Below are positions 1 through 9,452 of a stretch of DNA of 61,444 nucleotides, one piece after another (within the stretch, counting starts at the first letter, position 1; each line of letters begins with the position of its first letter). The DNA comes from Candidatus Uhrbacteria bacterium (GTDB taxonomy: Bacteria; Patescibacteriota; Patescibacteriia; UBA9934). The DNA lies in assembly GCA_943350635.1 (NCBI GenBank), contig CALRAI010000002.1:1-61444 (forward strand), written 5' to 3'. The notes under the pieces were generated by a model. The model was not told where the DNA came from and did no database searches. It saw only the letters and a program-made list of their open reading frames with translations. Made by a program: the position numbers and the translations under genes.

Positions 1-2601
1 GCAAAGCTGGTAGAGGACGGAATTTACGAAATGTGGCTAACGTCAGGCATTTTTAACCCAGATTTACTGCCAGATGCGGAGTTTCGATCCGAGGCGTTCA
101 CTATCGTCATGCCGCCACCGAATGTTACGGGTGTGCTGCATTTAGGTCATGCACTCGAAAACTCGCTCATGGATGCCATGGCGCGATATCAGCGTCTTTT
201 GGGCAAGAAAGTGCTCCTTATTCCGGGTACGGATCACGCCGCACTGCCCACGCAAGCCAAGGTGGAAAAGATGCTCATGGCCGACGGAATCAAGAATCCT
301 CGTCAGGAACTAGGGCGCGAGGCTCTCGTAGCGAAAATTCGCGATTTCGCCGAACAATCAAAAGCAACAATCTTGAATCAGGTAAAGAAAATGGGCACCA
401 GCGCCGATTGGTCTCGCTTAGCGTACACCTTCGACGACAAGCGCAACGTCGCCGTGAACGAACTCTTCACGCGAATGTACAACGACGGTTTGATTTATCG
501 TGGATTCCGCGTGGTGAATTGGTCGGTAAAAGGGCAATCGACGAGCTCGGATGACGAGATTGAGACCATCGAGCGTTCATCGGTTCTTTACACGTTCAAA
601 TACAGTAAGGATTTTCCAATCGCAATCTCCACAACGCGTCCAGAAACAAAAGTGGGGGACACTGCGGTTGCCGTGCATCCAACGGACGATCGATACGCAC
701 AGTTCATCGGTAAAACATTCGATATTGATTTCGCGGGATCGAAGCTGTCGATCAAGGTTATTGCGAGTGAGGCGGTCGATCCTGCTTTCGGAACAGGTGC
801 CCTTGGTGTCACTCCAGCGCACAGTCCGATCGACTTCGGAATGTACGAAGTGCAAAAAGCGAAACAAGATCCAATAGAAATTATCCAGGTCATTGGAATT
901 GATGGGAAAATGACCGCAGAAGCTGGGTCGTTGGTTGTTGGCCAAACCGTGGAAGAAGCTCGCGCAATGGTGGTTGCGTGGCTTTCTGAACACGAACTTC
1001 TCCAAGAATCAAAAGATATTGTGCAGAACGTCGGTACATCTGATCGTTATGGCGACGTCATCGAATCTATTCCGATGACGCAATGGTGGTTGAACGTGAA
1101 TAAGGAAATTCCCGGCCGCGGAAAGACGCTCAAGGACTTGATGCGCGAAGCAGTGACGACGGGCTTAAATAATGACGTGAGCCAAAAAGTTTCGATCACG
1201 CCAGATCGATTTACAAAACTCTACCTCGACCGCGTGGATAACCTTCGTGACTGGTGTCTCTCTCGGCAAATCTGGTGGGGCCATCGCATTCCAGCATGGT
1301 ATCGAGGTGAAGAAATCTTCGTTGGAACATCAGCGCCAGAAGGAGAAGGCTGGATTCAGGACGAGGATACGCTCGACACATGGTTCTCGAGTGGTTCTTG
1401 GACGTTCTCAACACTCGGCTGGCCAGAAAACACGACAGATCTTGCATCGTTTCATCCAACGCATTGGATTCAGATGGGCTACGAGATTCTCTATCTCTGG
1501 CTCATGCGCATGATTTTGATGAGTTCCTACGCATTGAATCAAGTTCCATTCAAGGATGCGTACATGCATGGCTTGCTTCGAGACAAGGACGGAAAGAAGT
1601 TTTCGAAATCTTCGGGAAACAACATCGATCCTATTGAAGTCATTAACGAATACGGTTGCGATGCATTGCGCATTTCCGTGCTTTCCGGCAACACGCCAGG
1701 AAACGATTCGCGATTCTATACAGAGAAGGTAGAAGCCTCGCGCAATTTAGTGAACAAGCTGTGGAATATTTCGCGATTCATTTTTACGAATGCAGACGGT
1801 GCACGCCAAATCACATCGGTAACGCCAAAAACCTTGTCAGACCGATGGATTCTTGCGCGATTCAGCGAGACGGCAAAGAAAGTCGGTGCGCTCATTGACC
1901 GTTACGATTTCTCGCTCGCCATCGAGGTATTGCGCGACTTCACGTGGAACGACTTTGCGGACTGGTATTTGGAAATTGCAAAGATCGAGAAGGAGAAGGA
2001 CGACGTTCTGCTCTACATTCTTGAGCGTTTGCTGATCCTTTGGCACCCGTTTGCGCCGTTTGTGACGGAGGAAATTTATAAGAATTTCAACGCGGGAATG
2101 ATCGTGGTCGCAAAGTGGCCAGCGGTCGATCACAAATTGTGGGAGAGCGATCACGCGGCATTTGCGGCGATGAAAGAGACGGTAATCGCAATCCGCAACT
2201 ACCTTTCAGAACACAACGTTCTTCCAAAGGCTGTTGAATCGATCATTATGGTTGGCGCAGGATCGGTGAGTGGAATGGAGTCGATTATTGGTGGCCTCAC
2301 CAAAGTGTCATCAATCACAACATCAGAACTCCGACCAGAAGGAATCACGCCAATCGTCGTCGGATCCGCACAAATCTTTATCAAGCTTCCCGCAGTCGAT
2401 GCAGCGCAGGAAAAACAGCGAATCGAACGCGAAATTGCCGACGCAACGAAATTCATTGCAGCGCAAGAAGCAAAGTTGTCTAACGAAGACTTTGTAAAGC
2501 GCGCTCCAGAAAAGGTGATTACCGGTGAACGCCAGAAACTCGCTGATCTTCAGGGAACACTCGCTGCACTGCAAAAAGAGCAGGCCGCGCTTGTGTCATA
2601 A
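1..2601 (+). CDS. valS: Valine--tRNA ligase (5' end lies before the window)
   Basis: PPPNVTGVLHLGH (HIGH-like), KFSKS (KMSKS-like), DWCLSRQIWWGHRIP, C-terminal coiled coil (LSNEDFVKRAP). The frame is open from base 1. Confidence 0.97.
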   Translation, partial: AKLVEDGIYEMWLTSGIFNPDLLPDAEFRSEAFTIVMPPPNVTGVLHLGHALENSLMDAMARYQRLLGKKVLLIPGTDHAALPTQAKVEKMLMADGIKNPRQELGREALVAKIRDFAEQSKATILNQVKKMGTSADWSRLAYTFDDKRNVAVNELFTRMYNDGLIYRGFRVVNWSVKGQSTSSDDEIETIERSSVLYTFKYSKDFPIAISTTRPETKVGDTAVAVHPTDDRYAQFIGKTFDIDFAGSKLSIKVIASEAVDPAFGTGALGVTPAHSPIDFGMYEVQKAKQDPIEIIQVIGIDGKMTAEAGSLVVGQTVEEARAMVVAWLSEHELLQESKDIVQNVGTSDRYGDVIESIPMTQWWLNVNKEIPGRGKTLKDLMREAVTTGLNNDVSQKVSITPDRFTKLYLDRVDNLRDWCLSRQIWWGHRIPAWYRGEEIFVGTSAPEGEGWIQDEDTLDTWFSSGSWTFSTLGWPENTTDLASFHPTHWIQMGYEILYLWLMRMILMSSYALNQVPFKDAYMHGLLRDKDGKKFSKSSGNNIDPIEVINEYGCDALRISVLSGNTPGNDSRFYTEKVEASRNLVNKLWNISRFIFTNADGARQITSVTPKTLSDRWILARFSETAKKVGALIDRYDFSLAIEVLRDFTWNDFADWYLEIAKIEKEKDDVLLYILERLLILWHPFAPFVTEEIYKNFNAGMIVVAKWPAVDHKLWESDHAAFAAMKETVIAIRNYLSEHNVLPKAVESIIMVGAGSVSGMESIIGGLTKVSSITTSELRPEGITPIVVGSAQIFIKLPAVDAAQEKQRIEREIADATKFIAAQEAKLSNEDFVKRAPEKVITGERQKLADLQGTLAALQKEQAALVS

Positions 2602-2610
2602 TGCTGATAT

Positions 2611-3816
2611 ATGGATATTGACCAACAAAAAATTGATCGTTTGCTCACACGTGGTGTGGCAATGGTGTACCCAACGGCAGAAAAATTGCGCGAGCTTTTA
2701 ATAAGCGGAAAACGCATTCGTTTGTATTGCGGATTCGATCCAACGTCGCCATATTTGCACATTGGTCACGCTATGCAATTGCAAAAGCTTCGGGAATTTC
2801 AGGAGCTTGGTCATGAAGTCATCATGCTCATCGGATCATTCACGGCAATGATCGGCGATCCAACAGACAAGCTCGCTGCACGAAAGCAGCTCACAAAGGC
2901 CGAAGTACTCGCAAATGCTGCCACGTATAAAAAACAGGCGTCGAAGATTTTGAAATTCTCCGGATTGAACGCCGCGAAACTCATGTTCAACGACAAATGG
3001 TTGGCAAAGATGAATTTTGAAAATGTCGTCGAGCTTGCGAGTCATTTCACCATGCAGCAAATGATGGAACGCGACATGTTCCAGAAGCGATCGGAAGAAC
3101 AGAAGCCGATCTATCTTCACGAATTTATGTATCCTCTCATGCAAGGATACGATTCTGTGGCGATGGATGTAGATCTTGAGGTCGGCGGCAACGATCAAAC
3201 ATTCAACATGTTGGCTGGCAGAACGTTGATGCGAGAAATGAAACAAAAAGAAAAGTTTGTTCTTGCAATCTCGTTGCTTACAAACAGCGATGGGAAAAAG
3301 ATGAGTAAGAGTGAAGGAGGAATTATTGCGCTCAGTGATACGCCAGAAGATATGTTTGGAAAACTTATGTCCATGGACGACGGCATGATTTTGCCGTACT
3401 TCCGGTTGGTAACCGATCTTGCTGATGACGATATCGCTGCGATTGAATCCGCCATTGCCGGTGGCATGAATCCTCGTGATGCAAAGATCCGCCTCGCAGA
3501 AACAGTGGTAACGCTGTATCACAGCGCAAAAGCAGCAAAAGCAGCAAAGCAGCATTTCGCGCAAGTATTCAGCAAGAAAGAAATGCCAGACGTTATTCCA
3601 GAACTATTGCTGAGCGGTCGATCACTCACGATCGTGGATGTATTGGTGGAGGCAGGATTTGCGCCAAGCAAAGGCGAAGCAAAACGCCTCATCGAGCAGG
3701 GCGGTGTAAAGATTGGAACCGATGTTGTGACTGATCCGATGCTGTTCGTATCGCCTCGTACCGACGAAGCCGTCGTCCAAAAAGGGAAGCGATTCTTTGT
3801 GAAACTTCTTCCATAA
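2611..3816 (+). CDS. tyrS: Tyrosine--tRNA ligase
   Basis: YCGFDPTSPYLHIGH, YPLMQGYD, GGNDQTFN, KMSKS, C-terminal S4-like domain. Confidence 0.97.
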   Translation: MDIDQQKIDRLLTRGVAMVYPTAEKLRELLISGKRIRLYCGFDPTSPYLHIGHAMQLQKLREFQELGHEVIMLIGSFTAMIGDPTDKLAARKQLTKAEVLANAATYKKQASKILKFSGLNAAKLMFNDKWLAKMNFENVVELASHFTMQQMMERDMFQKRSEEQKPIYLHEFMYPLMQGYDSVAMDVDLEVGGNDQTFNMLAGRTLMREMKQKEKFVLAISLLTNSDGKKMSKSEGGIIALSDTPEDMFGKLMSMDDGMILPYFRLVTDLADDDIAAIESAIAGGMNPRDAKIRLAETVVTLYHSAKAAKAAKQHFAQVFSKKEMPDVIPELLLSGRSLTIVDVLVEAGFAPSKGEAKRLIEQGGVKIGTDVVTDPMLFVSPRTDEAVVQKGKRFFVKLLP

Positions 3817-3818
3817 TT

Positions 3819-5525
3819 ATGACCGCACGAAGTATTGCAAAGAAGGAGGCGTTTACCGCGCTCAAAAAAGCGCTCGGAAAAACATTCTCGCTCACGGCAG
3901 AAATGATTGTTGCTCCGCCAAAGCCAGGATTCGGCGATTTATCATTTCCATGTTTTGCGTTGGCGAAGGGGATGGGTCGGAATCCTGCGGAGATCGCCAC
4001 GGAACTTGCTGCGAAGATCGGTCCGTCGTCGATGATTAAGAAAATTACATCGGCTGGGCCGTACGTGAACTTTACGTTCGATAATGAGGCATTTAGCGCT
4101 GCAGTACTTTCCGATGTTGCAAAGACAAAGAAGAAGTACGGACGCGGAAAAACAGGTGCTGGAAAAAAAGTACTTATTGAATACGCAAACCTCAACACGC
4201 ATAAAGAAGTGCACGTTGGTCATTTACGAAACTTTTCTATCGGCGCCGCTGTTGCGAATATTCTTTCAGCAAACGGATATGCGGTTACTCCCGTCTCCTA
4301 TATCAACGATTTGGGAAGCAACGTTGCAAAATGTTTGTGGGGCATAAAAAAGTTTCACGACGGTGAGGAGCCCGACGCTGCGGACCGGTTGAATTTCATG
4401 GGAAGTATTTATACGGAAGCAACGGCAGCCATGGAAGGGAGCGACGATGCAAAGGCGGAGGTTTCGGTAATTCAGCACGATTTGGAATCTGGCGAAGGCG
4501 AATGGTTTGCATTGTGGAAAAAAACGCATAAATGGTCCATGGACGGGTTGAAGGCGGTATTCGATGAGTTCGGTCTGACGCTCGATCACATCTATCTTGA
4601 ACACGATCTTATCGACGAAACGCACGAGATCGTGAAGAAGTTATTAACGGAAGGTATAGCAAAGATGAGCCAAGGTGCAGTGATCGTGGATCTTGAGGCA
4701 GAAAAACTTGGCGTGAATCTTTTGCGCAAGACGGACGGAACATTGTTGTATAACGCGAAAGATCTCGCATTGGCGTTTCATAAAGAGGCCGATTTCCACG
4801 CAGATCGGTCGCTGTATGTGATTGATGTTCGTCAGGCATTGGCCATGAAACAGCTTGCAGCAACGCTAAAGAAGATGGAATTTCCGCGTGAGATTCTTCA
4901 TGTGGGATACGAGTTTGTTACGTTGCCGGACGGGGCAATGAGTTCTCGTAAGGGAAATATTGTTCGGTGGTCTGATTTGCGTGATGCAATGTATGGTCGG
5001 CTTGTGGATACCACCACGCTTCGCCATCCTGAATGGAAACCAAAGCTCATTGCGGCAAACGCAACGGCGTTGGTGATGGCTGCAGTAAAATTTGTAATGC
5101 TTCGTCACGATCCTGAACGCTTAATGGTGTTCGACATGGAGGAAGCAATGGCGACCGATGGATTTACAGGACCATACATTCTTTACACCATCGCGCGCAT
5201 TAACAGCCTACACGAGAAAACAAAACTCTCGTCGTTCGCGTTGGCATCGGCGCTTACAGATCCGCAGGAAATACAGATGCTCAGAAAGATTGCAGAATAT
5301 CCCGACGTGCTTCAAGAAGCCGGTGCGGACATGCGACCATCGTTAATCTGTCAGTACGCATTCGAGCTTGCCCAAATGTTTTCGCGATATTATGCAGAGG
5401 TGCATATTATCGACGAGGAACAGCCGTCGCTCACTGCTGCGCGGCTTGGATTCGCGGATGTGGTTGGCTCGGTGCTTGCAAACGCGATGGAAATTTTGAA
5501 CATTCCCGTTGTGAAAACGATGTAA
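3819..5525 (+). CDS. argS: Arginine--tRNA ligase
   Basis: FGDLS...GPYVNF N-domain, HVGHLRN, MSSRKGN, GPYILYTIARINS anticodon-binding domain. Confidence 0.96.
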   Translation: MTARSIAKKEAFTALKKALGKTFSLTAEMIVAPPKPGFGDLSFPCFALAKGMGRNPAEIATELAAKIGPSSMIKKITSAGPYVNFTFDNEAFSAAVLSDVAKTKKKYGRGKTGAGKKVLIEYANLNTHKEVHVGHLRNFSIGAAVANILSANGYAVTPVSYINDLGSNVAKCLWGIKKFHDGEEPDAADRLNFMGSIYTEATAAMEGSDDAKAEVSVIQHDLESGEGEWFALWKKTHKWSMDGLKAVFDEFGLTLDHIYLEHDLIDETHEIVKKLLTEGIAKMSQGAVIVDLEAEKLGVNLLRKTDGTLLYNAKDLALAFHKEADFHADRSLYVIDVRQALAMKQLAATLKKMEFPREILHVGYEFVTLPDGAMSSRKGNIVRWSDLRDAMYGRLVDTTTLRHPEWKPKLIAANATALVMAAVKFVMLRHDPERLMVFDMEEAMATDGFTGPYILYTIARINSLHEKTKLSSFALASALTDPQEIQMLRKIAEYPDVLQEAGADMRPSLICQYAFELAQMFSRYYAEVHIIDEEQPSLTAARLGFADVVGSVLANAMEILNIPVVKTM

Positions 5526-5565
5526 ACGTGGTAATCAAGACTTAAGAATTTGTAACTTTTCTTGT

Positions 5566-5940
5566 ATGGCAAAAGGAACCGGACCAGAGACAATCATCGC
5601 GCACGGTGTTCGTTTGGAGGGGGATTTAGTTGCAGAAGGGGATATCGTCATTGAAGGGGAAGTGCACGGTACCGTCAAAACAAAAGGCGATCTTCGTATT
5701 GGGGATCAAGCATTGGTTGAAGCAAATATCGAAGCGAGCAATGCCGTTGTTAGCGGAGAAATTCGTGGAAATATTTTAGTGCATGGAAAACTGGAACTCT
5801 TCCCATCGTCTAAACTTACGGGTGATGTTGTTACCGAAGTGCTTGCGATTGGTCCTGGCGCTCAGGTGAATGGAAATGTGAGCATGGGAGCAGAAGCGCC
5901 AAAAGGAAAGAAGCGCGCAGAAGCCGTTGATGCCGAGTAA
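5566..5940 (+). CDS. Bactofilin (polymer-forming cytoskeletal protein)
   Basis: ETIIAHGVRLEGDL...IEGEVHGTV...GAQVNGNVSM beta-helix pattern. Confidence 0.9.
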   Translation: MAKGTGPETIIAHGVRLEGDLVAEGDIVIEGEVHGTVKTKGDLRIGDQALVEANIEASNAVVSGEIRGNILVHGKLELFPSSKLTGDVVTEVLAIGPGAQVNGNVSMGAEAPKGKKRAEAVDAE

Positions 5941-5942
5941 GT

Positions 5943-6677
5943 GTGTATTGCTACGTGTACGACGAGGCGCTTCAAGACCGACGATTTGAGCGAGAACTTG
6001 CACAAATCGAGACGCGCTTAACGGATCTGGGTATTGCGGGCAAAATTGCACGCTTGGCTTTGTTTCGTGAGCCGATCGATCTTATTCGTGACGAAATTCG
6101 CGGGGGAGTAACCACGGTGGTTGCGGTGGGGAACGACACCACGCTTCGTCGTGTTATTGATGCGGTACAGGATAGGAAAACCGTCGTCGCGTTGCTTCCG
6201 GTCGGTCCACAAGGCGGAATGGCGACGCTTTTAGGTATGCCAAGTGGCGTTGCCGCGTGCGATGTGTTGAGCGCGCGTATTGTGGAAGAACTCGACGTTG
6301 GCGAAGTGAATGGAAAGCGATTTGTGCAATCGGTACGCATTGAGGGCACCGACTTCTCCATCCATCACGGAAAACAATACGTTGTTACTCCGCTCAGAAA
6401 AGCGTCAATCGAGGTACGAAATTTCGCCGCTCCAGATGATGCGGGAATGATTAGTCCGATCGACGGAAGATTATCGATGATTATTCGACTGCCAAAGTTC
6501 AAGCTGTTTGGCGGAAAACCCGACGTTGGCGTGATTCCCTTTGAAGAAATGTTCGTTGCTTGCGAAAAACACATCACTGCCACGGTGGACGGTGATCAGC
6601 TCCAAGGAAAAGACTTCTCCTTCCGCGTTATTCCTCGTGCGTTGAGACTTGTGACGGGGAAGTCGAGGAAGTTTTAG
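5943..6677 (+). CDS. Diacylglycerol/lipid kinase catalytic-domain-like protein
   Basis: VVAVGNDTT (GGDGT-like), LDVGEVNGKRF, VDGD...FRVIPRALRLV. GTG start. Confidence 0.7.
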   Translation: MYCYVYDEALQDRRFERELAQIETRLTDLGIAGKIARLALFREPIDLIRDEIRGGVTTVVAVGNDTTLRRVIDAVQDRKTVVALLPVGPQGGMATLLGMPSGVAACDVLSARIVEELDVGEVNGKRFVQSVRIEGTDFSIHHGKQYVVTPLRKASIEVRNFAAPDDAGMISPIDGRLSMIIRLPKFKLFGGKPDVGVIPFEEMFVACEKHITATVDGDQLQGKDFSFRVIPRALRLVTGKSRKF

Positions 6678-7107
6678 CGCGCCGAAGATACTCCTTTGAA
6701 AAATACACAATCGAAGCCACGAAAAGCGTCGTCGATGTGAGGGCGGAGAGCATACAGTATTGGCAGATAGCGTGAATAACGAAGAATTGGAGGTACACAA
6801 ACCAGCAAGACGAGAGGAATCCTGCAATGCTGCCAAGTGCGACGAAACGTAAGAGATCGTGACGCTTGGTTTCGATAATGATGTACGTTGCGAAGAACAT
6901 TGCCAAGTAAAAGAGTGCGCCAAGGAGCGCAACCGGTACGCCGGCGATTGATGAGTATTCACTTTTTGTGACGAGATCGCAACCGTGAGTAATGGTGCAG
7001 GGAAGGGTGAATTGCGTGTAGTGCTGAATGGTTAAATACGCAGCATCGAAGAATCCAAGAATACTCACGCCAAGAATCGTAAAAGGATACCAGCGGGAAG
7101 CGGTCAT
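6628..7107 (-). CDS. Vitamin K epoxide reductase (VKOR) family protein
   Basis: PCTITHGCDLVTKSEYS, GVPVALLG, ICQYC (CxxC), about four TM segments. Confidence 0.92.
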   Translation of the reverse strand: MTASRWYPFTILGVSILGFFDAAYLTIQHYTQFTLPCTITHGCDLVTKSEYSSIAGVPVALLGALFYLAMFFATYIIIETKRHDLLRFVALGSIAGFLSSCWFVYLQFFVIHAICQYCMLSALTSTTLFVASIVYFSKEYLRRAKTSSTSPSQVSTHEE

Positions 7108-7110
7108 AGA

Positions 7111-7821
7111 TTATGGCGTTACCTCGGCATCGGTATTTGACGACGTACTGTCGTTCGCTGGTGCGGGATTCAGTGCAGCATCGATAAGCACCTTAAAGGC
7201 GTCGATACCTTGTGGATTGTTCACAATTTGTAGGCCATTCAAGAAGAAGGTTGGTGTTGATCTCACGCTGGATGCGTTGCCACTTTCCACGTCGTCCTTG
7301 ATAGAATTTTTCACCGTATCGCTCGTAAGATCGGCGGTGAATTTTTCAACATCAAGCCCCAGCGTTGTAGCATAGCTCACGAATAGTGCTGTTGGGTCAG
7401 CTTCGGCACTCCATGTTTTTTGATTACCGAACAGGAGGTCGTGCATGAGAAAGAATTTCCCTTGCATCCCAGCGGCTTCTGCGGCTTGAGCGGCAAGTTG
7501 TGCGTTGGGGTGGATAGTCACAAGCGGATAGTTGCGATACACGATGTTGAGCGTGTCGCCATACGTTTCATGAAGCTTTTGGAGAAGCGGAAAATACGCT
7601 GCACAGGCTGGGCATTGAAAGTCGCTATACTCCACAAGAGTTACCGCGGCATCTTTGCCGCCTTCAAACCAATCCTGATCATCCACTGCAACGACAAGCT
7701 TTTGTGGATCGTTCGCATGATCTTGTACATAGCCATACCAGACCATTCCACCAAGTACAATCGCGATTGCTGCTAAAATTCCCAATACCTTCCCTACAAG
7801 TGCCAATTTCATATTCGCCAT
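7111..7821 (-). CDS. DsbA family thiol-disulfide oxidoreductase
   Basis: N-terminal TM, EYSDFQCPAC, cis-Pro motif STPTFFLNG; adjacent to VKOR. Confidence 0.93.
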   Translation of the reverse strand: MANMKLALVGKVLGILAAIAIVLGGMVWYGYVQDHANDPQKLVVAVDDQDWFEGGKDAAVTLVEYSDFQCPACAAYFPLLQKLHETYGDTLNIVYRNYPLVTIHPNAQLAAQAAEAAGMQGKFFLMHDLLFGNQKTWSAEADPTALFVSYATTLGLDVEKFTADLTSDTVKNSIKDDVESGNASSVRSTPTFFLNGLQIVNNPQGIDAFKVLIDAALNPAPANDSTSSNTDAEVTP

Positions 7822-7884
7822 AGTATTGAAAGGGTATCAAAGAATAGGGAAACGAAAAAGAAGCCCTTTCGGACTTCTTCATCA

Positions 7885-7969
7885 TGGTGCGCGAGAGAGG
7901 ACTCGAACCTCCAAGCCTTTCGGCACATGCCCCTCAAGCATGCGAGTTTACCAATTTCTCCACTCGCGC
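7885..7969 (-). tRNA. tRNA-Leu(GAG)
   Basis: GCGCGAG acceptor, anticodon arm CATGC-TTGAGGG-GCATG, long variable arm, GGTTCGAGTCC, encoded CCA. Confidence 0.96.
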
Positions 7970-8623
7970 ATTCTTTCCTTGAACCGTGGGAAGTATAGCC
8001 AACGCTTCTGATAATTTCAAGTATTTTCGTTTTAGGTACAGATTCTCGGCATTTTTATATATCATGTTGAAAAGCTGTTTTGAGGCTTTTTTGGCAAACA
8101 CGAGTTGTTGTATTTTTTGTGAAACATTTATTTTTCCAGAAATTCCATAGTTTTTTGTAATGGTATTTTGTAGCCAAGTAAGAAATATTGGACTTGCGGA
8201 TACAATAGCTGTGTACACCATAAAACTTGATTTCCAACGAGGATCGTAATATGAGTAGCTCGTTCCATCTCCATCAAATTCTCCCCGAACAAAATGAGGA
8301 AAAAGACGCTTTGGAATGCGAATATCTTTTAAGATTTTCGATTTATTCGGCATAAGACCGATAGTTAACAGAAAACGGTAAAATCGGACATCGCCAATTT
8401 GGACAACAAAATATTTCTTTTCAAGCTCGTGACCACGAGATTTTTTACCAATGTGATGATCCTGAATATTGAGTGCGGCAAGAAATTGTTCAATAAGATC
8501 AAAATCCTTCGATGTGAAGGTAATATGGCGACCATCGGGCGAGAGATTCCCATCAGAAACAATAAGTCCAACCGCGTAAGCAAGTTTCTTTGTCCATCGC
8601 GTTGAAATCGTCTTTTTGCTCAT
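7934..8623 (-). CDS. Free-standing double-motif LAGLIDADG homing-endonuclease-like protein
   Basis: LAYAVGLIVSDGNL and FVRGEFDGDGT motifs, AT-rich and Lys-rich; stop codon falls inside tRNA-Leu. Confidence 0.85.
   Translation of the reverse strand: MSKKTISTRWTKKLAYAVGLIVSDGNLSPDGRHITFTSKDFDLIEQFLAALNIQDHHIGKKSRGHELEKKYFVVQIGDVRFYRFLLTIGLMPNKSKILKDIRIPKRLFPHFVRGEFDGDGTSYSYYDPRWKSSFMVYTAIVSASPIFLTWLQNTITKNYGISGKINVSQKIQQLVFAKKASKQLFNMIYKNAENLYLKRKYLKLSEALAILPTVQGKNARVEKLVNSHA
7992..8020 (-). promoter_or_regulatory. sigma70-type promoter for tRNA-Leu, inside the LAGLIDADG ORF
   Basis: TTGAAA-17 nt-TATACT, 22 nt upstream of the tRNA. Confidence 0.7.
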
Positions 8624-8672
8624 ACGTAGAATATATCATGATGAATGTGTCTACCAAAAGATTGAAAACATA

Positions 8673-8701
8673 TTGGCAAACTCTTTGGGGAGTGCTACAC
8701 T
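8673..8701 (+). promoter_or_regulatory. sigma70-type promoter for tRNA-Val
   Basis: TTGGCA-17 nt-TACACT with extended TG, 16 nt upstream of the tRNA. Confidence 0.6.
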
Positions 8702-8717
8702 CTTCAGGTAATATTTT

Positions 8718-8794
8718 GGACGCCTAGCTCAGCTGGTTAGAGCATCTCGTTTACACCGAGAGGGTCGAGGGTTCGAATCCCCCGGCGTCCACCA
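8718..8794 (+). tRNA. tRNA-Val(TAC)
   Basis: GGACGCC/GGCGTCC acceptor, TCTCG-TTTACAC-CGAGA anticodon arm, GGTTCGAATCC, CCA. Confidence 0.96.
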
Positions 8795-8797
8795 CTG

Positions 8798-8922
8798 GAA
8801 AACATGTTTATTTGGTCGACTTTGAACTTACGTCATCGCAAACTTCTTCAACGTACCAAGAAGTACGTCTCAAAAGATTTGCTCGACGTGCGTCCAAATT
8901 CGCCGCAAATAAAACTGTTTTC
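8798..8922 (-). repeat. ~125-nt palindromic element, copy A
   Basis: Arms GAAAACA..TTTATTTG / CAAATAAA..TGTTTTC; core TTCAACGTACCAAGAAGTACGTCTCA is the reverse complement of the copy B core with 1 mismatch in 26. Confidence 0.8.
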
Positions 8923-8958
8923 ATACATCGAGCGCACTGTGTCGTAATGACACTATTG

Positions 8959-9080
8959 GAAAGCTGGCTACGTCTGTGTAGTGCTAGGAGCGGCGAGGAC
9001 CGAAGTGAGACGTACTTCTCGGTACGTTGAATGAGGACCGGAGCAAGCGACAACGCAATGCGCAAACGTAGCCAGTTTTC
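8959..9080 (+). repeat. ~122-nt palindromic element, copy B
   Basis: Arms GAAAGCTGGCTACGT / ACGTAGCCAGTTTTC; core TGAGACGTACTTCTCGGTACGTTGAA. Confidence 0.8.
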
Positions 9081-9084
9081 TCTC

Positions 9085-9160
9085 GGGCCGTTAGCTCAGC
9101 TGGTAGAGCGTCTGGCTGGCAGTCAGAAGGTCATCGGTTCGATCCCGATACGGTCCACCA
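9085..9160 (+). tRNA. tRNA-Ala(GGC)
   Basis: GGGCCGT/ACGGTCC acceptor with G3:U70, TCTGG-CTGGCAG-TCAGA anticodon arm, CCA. Confidence 0.96.
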
Positions 9161-9168
9161 TCGAAAAT

Positions 9169-9191
9169 GAAGCCTTACCGGCTTCTTTTTC
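9169..9191 (+). terminator. Intrinsic terminator after tRNA-Ala
   Basis: GAAGCC-TTACC-GGCTTC followed by TTTTT. Confidence 0.65.
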
Positions 9192-9213
9192 GTTTGTGAT
9201 AAAATACCTGTGT

Positions 9214-9450
9214 ATGTTGCAACGAATTCTTTTGGGGCTGTTTATTACGGCGTGTGGATGGATGATGGTGTGGAAAACGCGATGGTTTGAAGACATGCTT
9301 GGGCCAGTGGCGTGGGCCGAGCAACATTTGGGAACGACGAACTTTTTTTACAAATTGTTAGGGACGGCGATTATTATTCTTGGGTTTATTGTGACGCTGA
9401 ATTTGTTCGATATTTTGATCGGGAGTTTTATTCGTTCACTTTTCGCATAA
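9214..9450 (+). CDS. Small two-TM hypothetical membrane protein
   Basis: MLQRILLGLF...WAEQHLG...YKLLG; start moved downstream of the tRNA. Confidence 0.75.
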   Translation: MLQRILLGLFITACGWMMVWKTRWFEDMLGPVAWAEQHLGTTNFFYKLLGTAIIILGFIVTLNLFDILIGSFIRSLFA

Positions 9451-9452
9451 TT

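Noticed and set aside
6628..6677. 50-bp convergent overlap between the kinase-like and VKOR genes
   Set aside because: Ordinary tail-to-tail overlap in a compact genome.
8808..9065. Short ORFs in the tRNA-Val/tRNA-Ala spacer
   Set aside because: They overlap the palindromic elements and have no recognisable protein motif.
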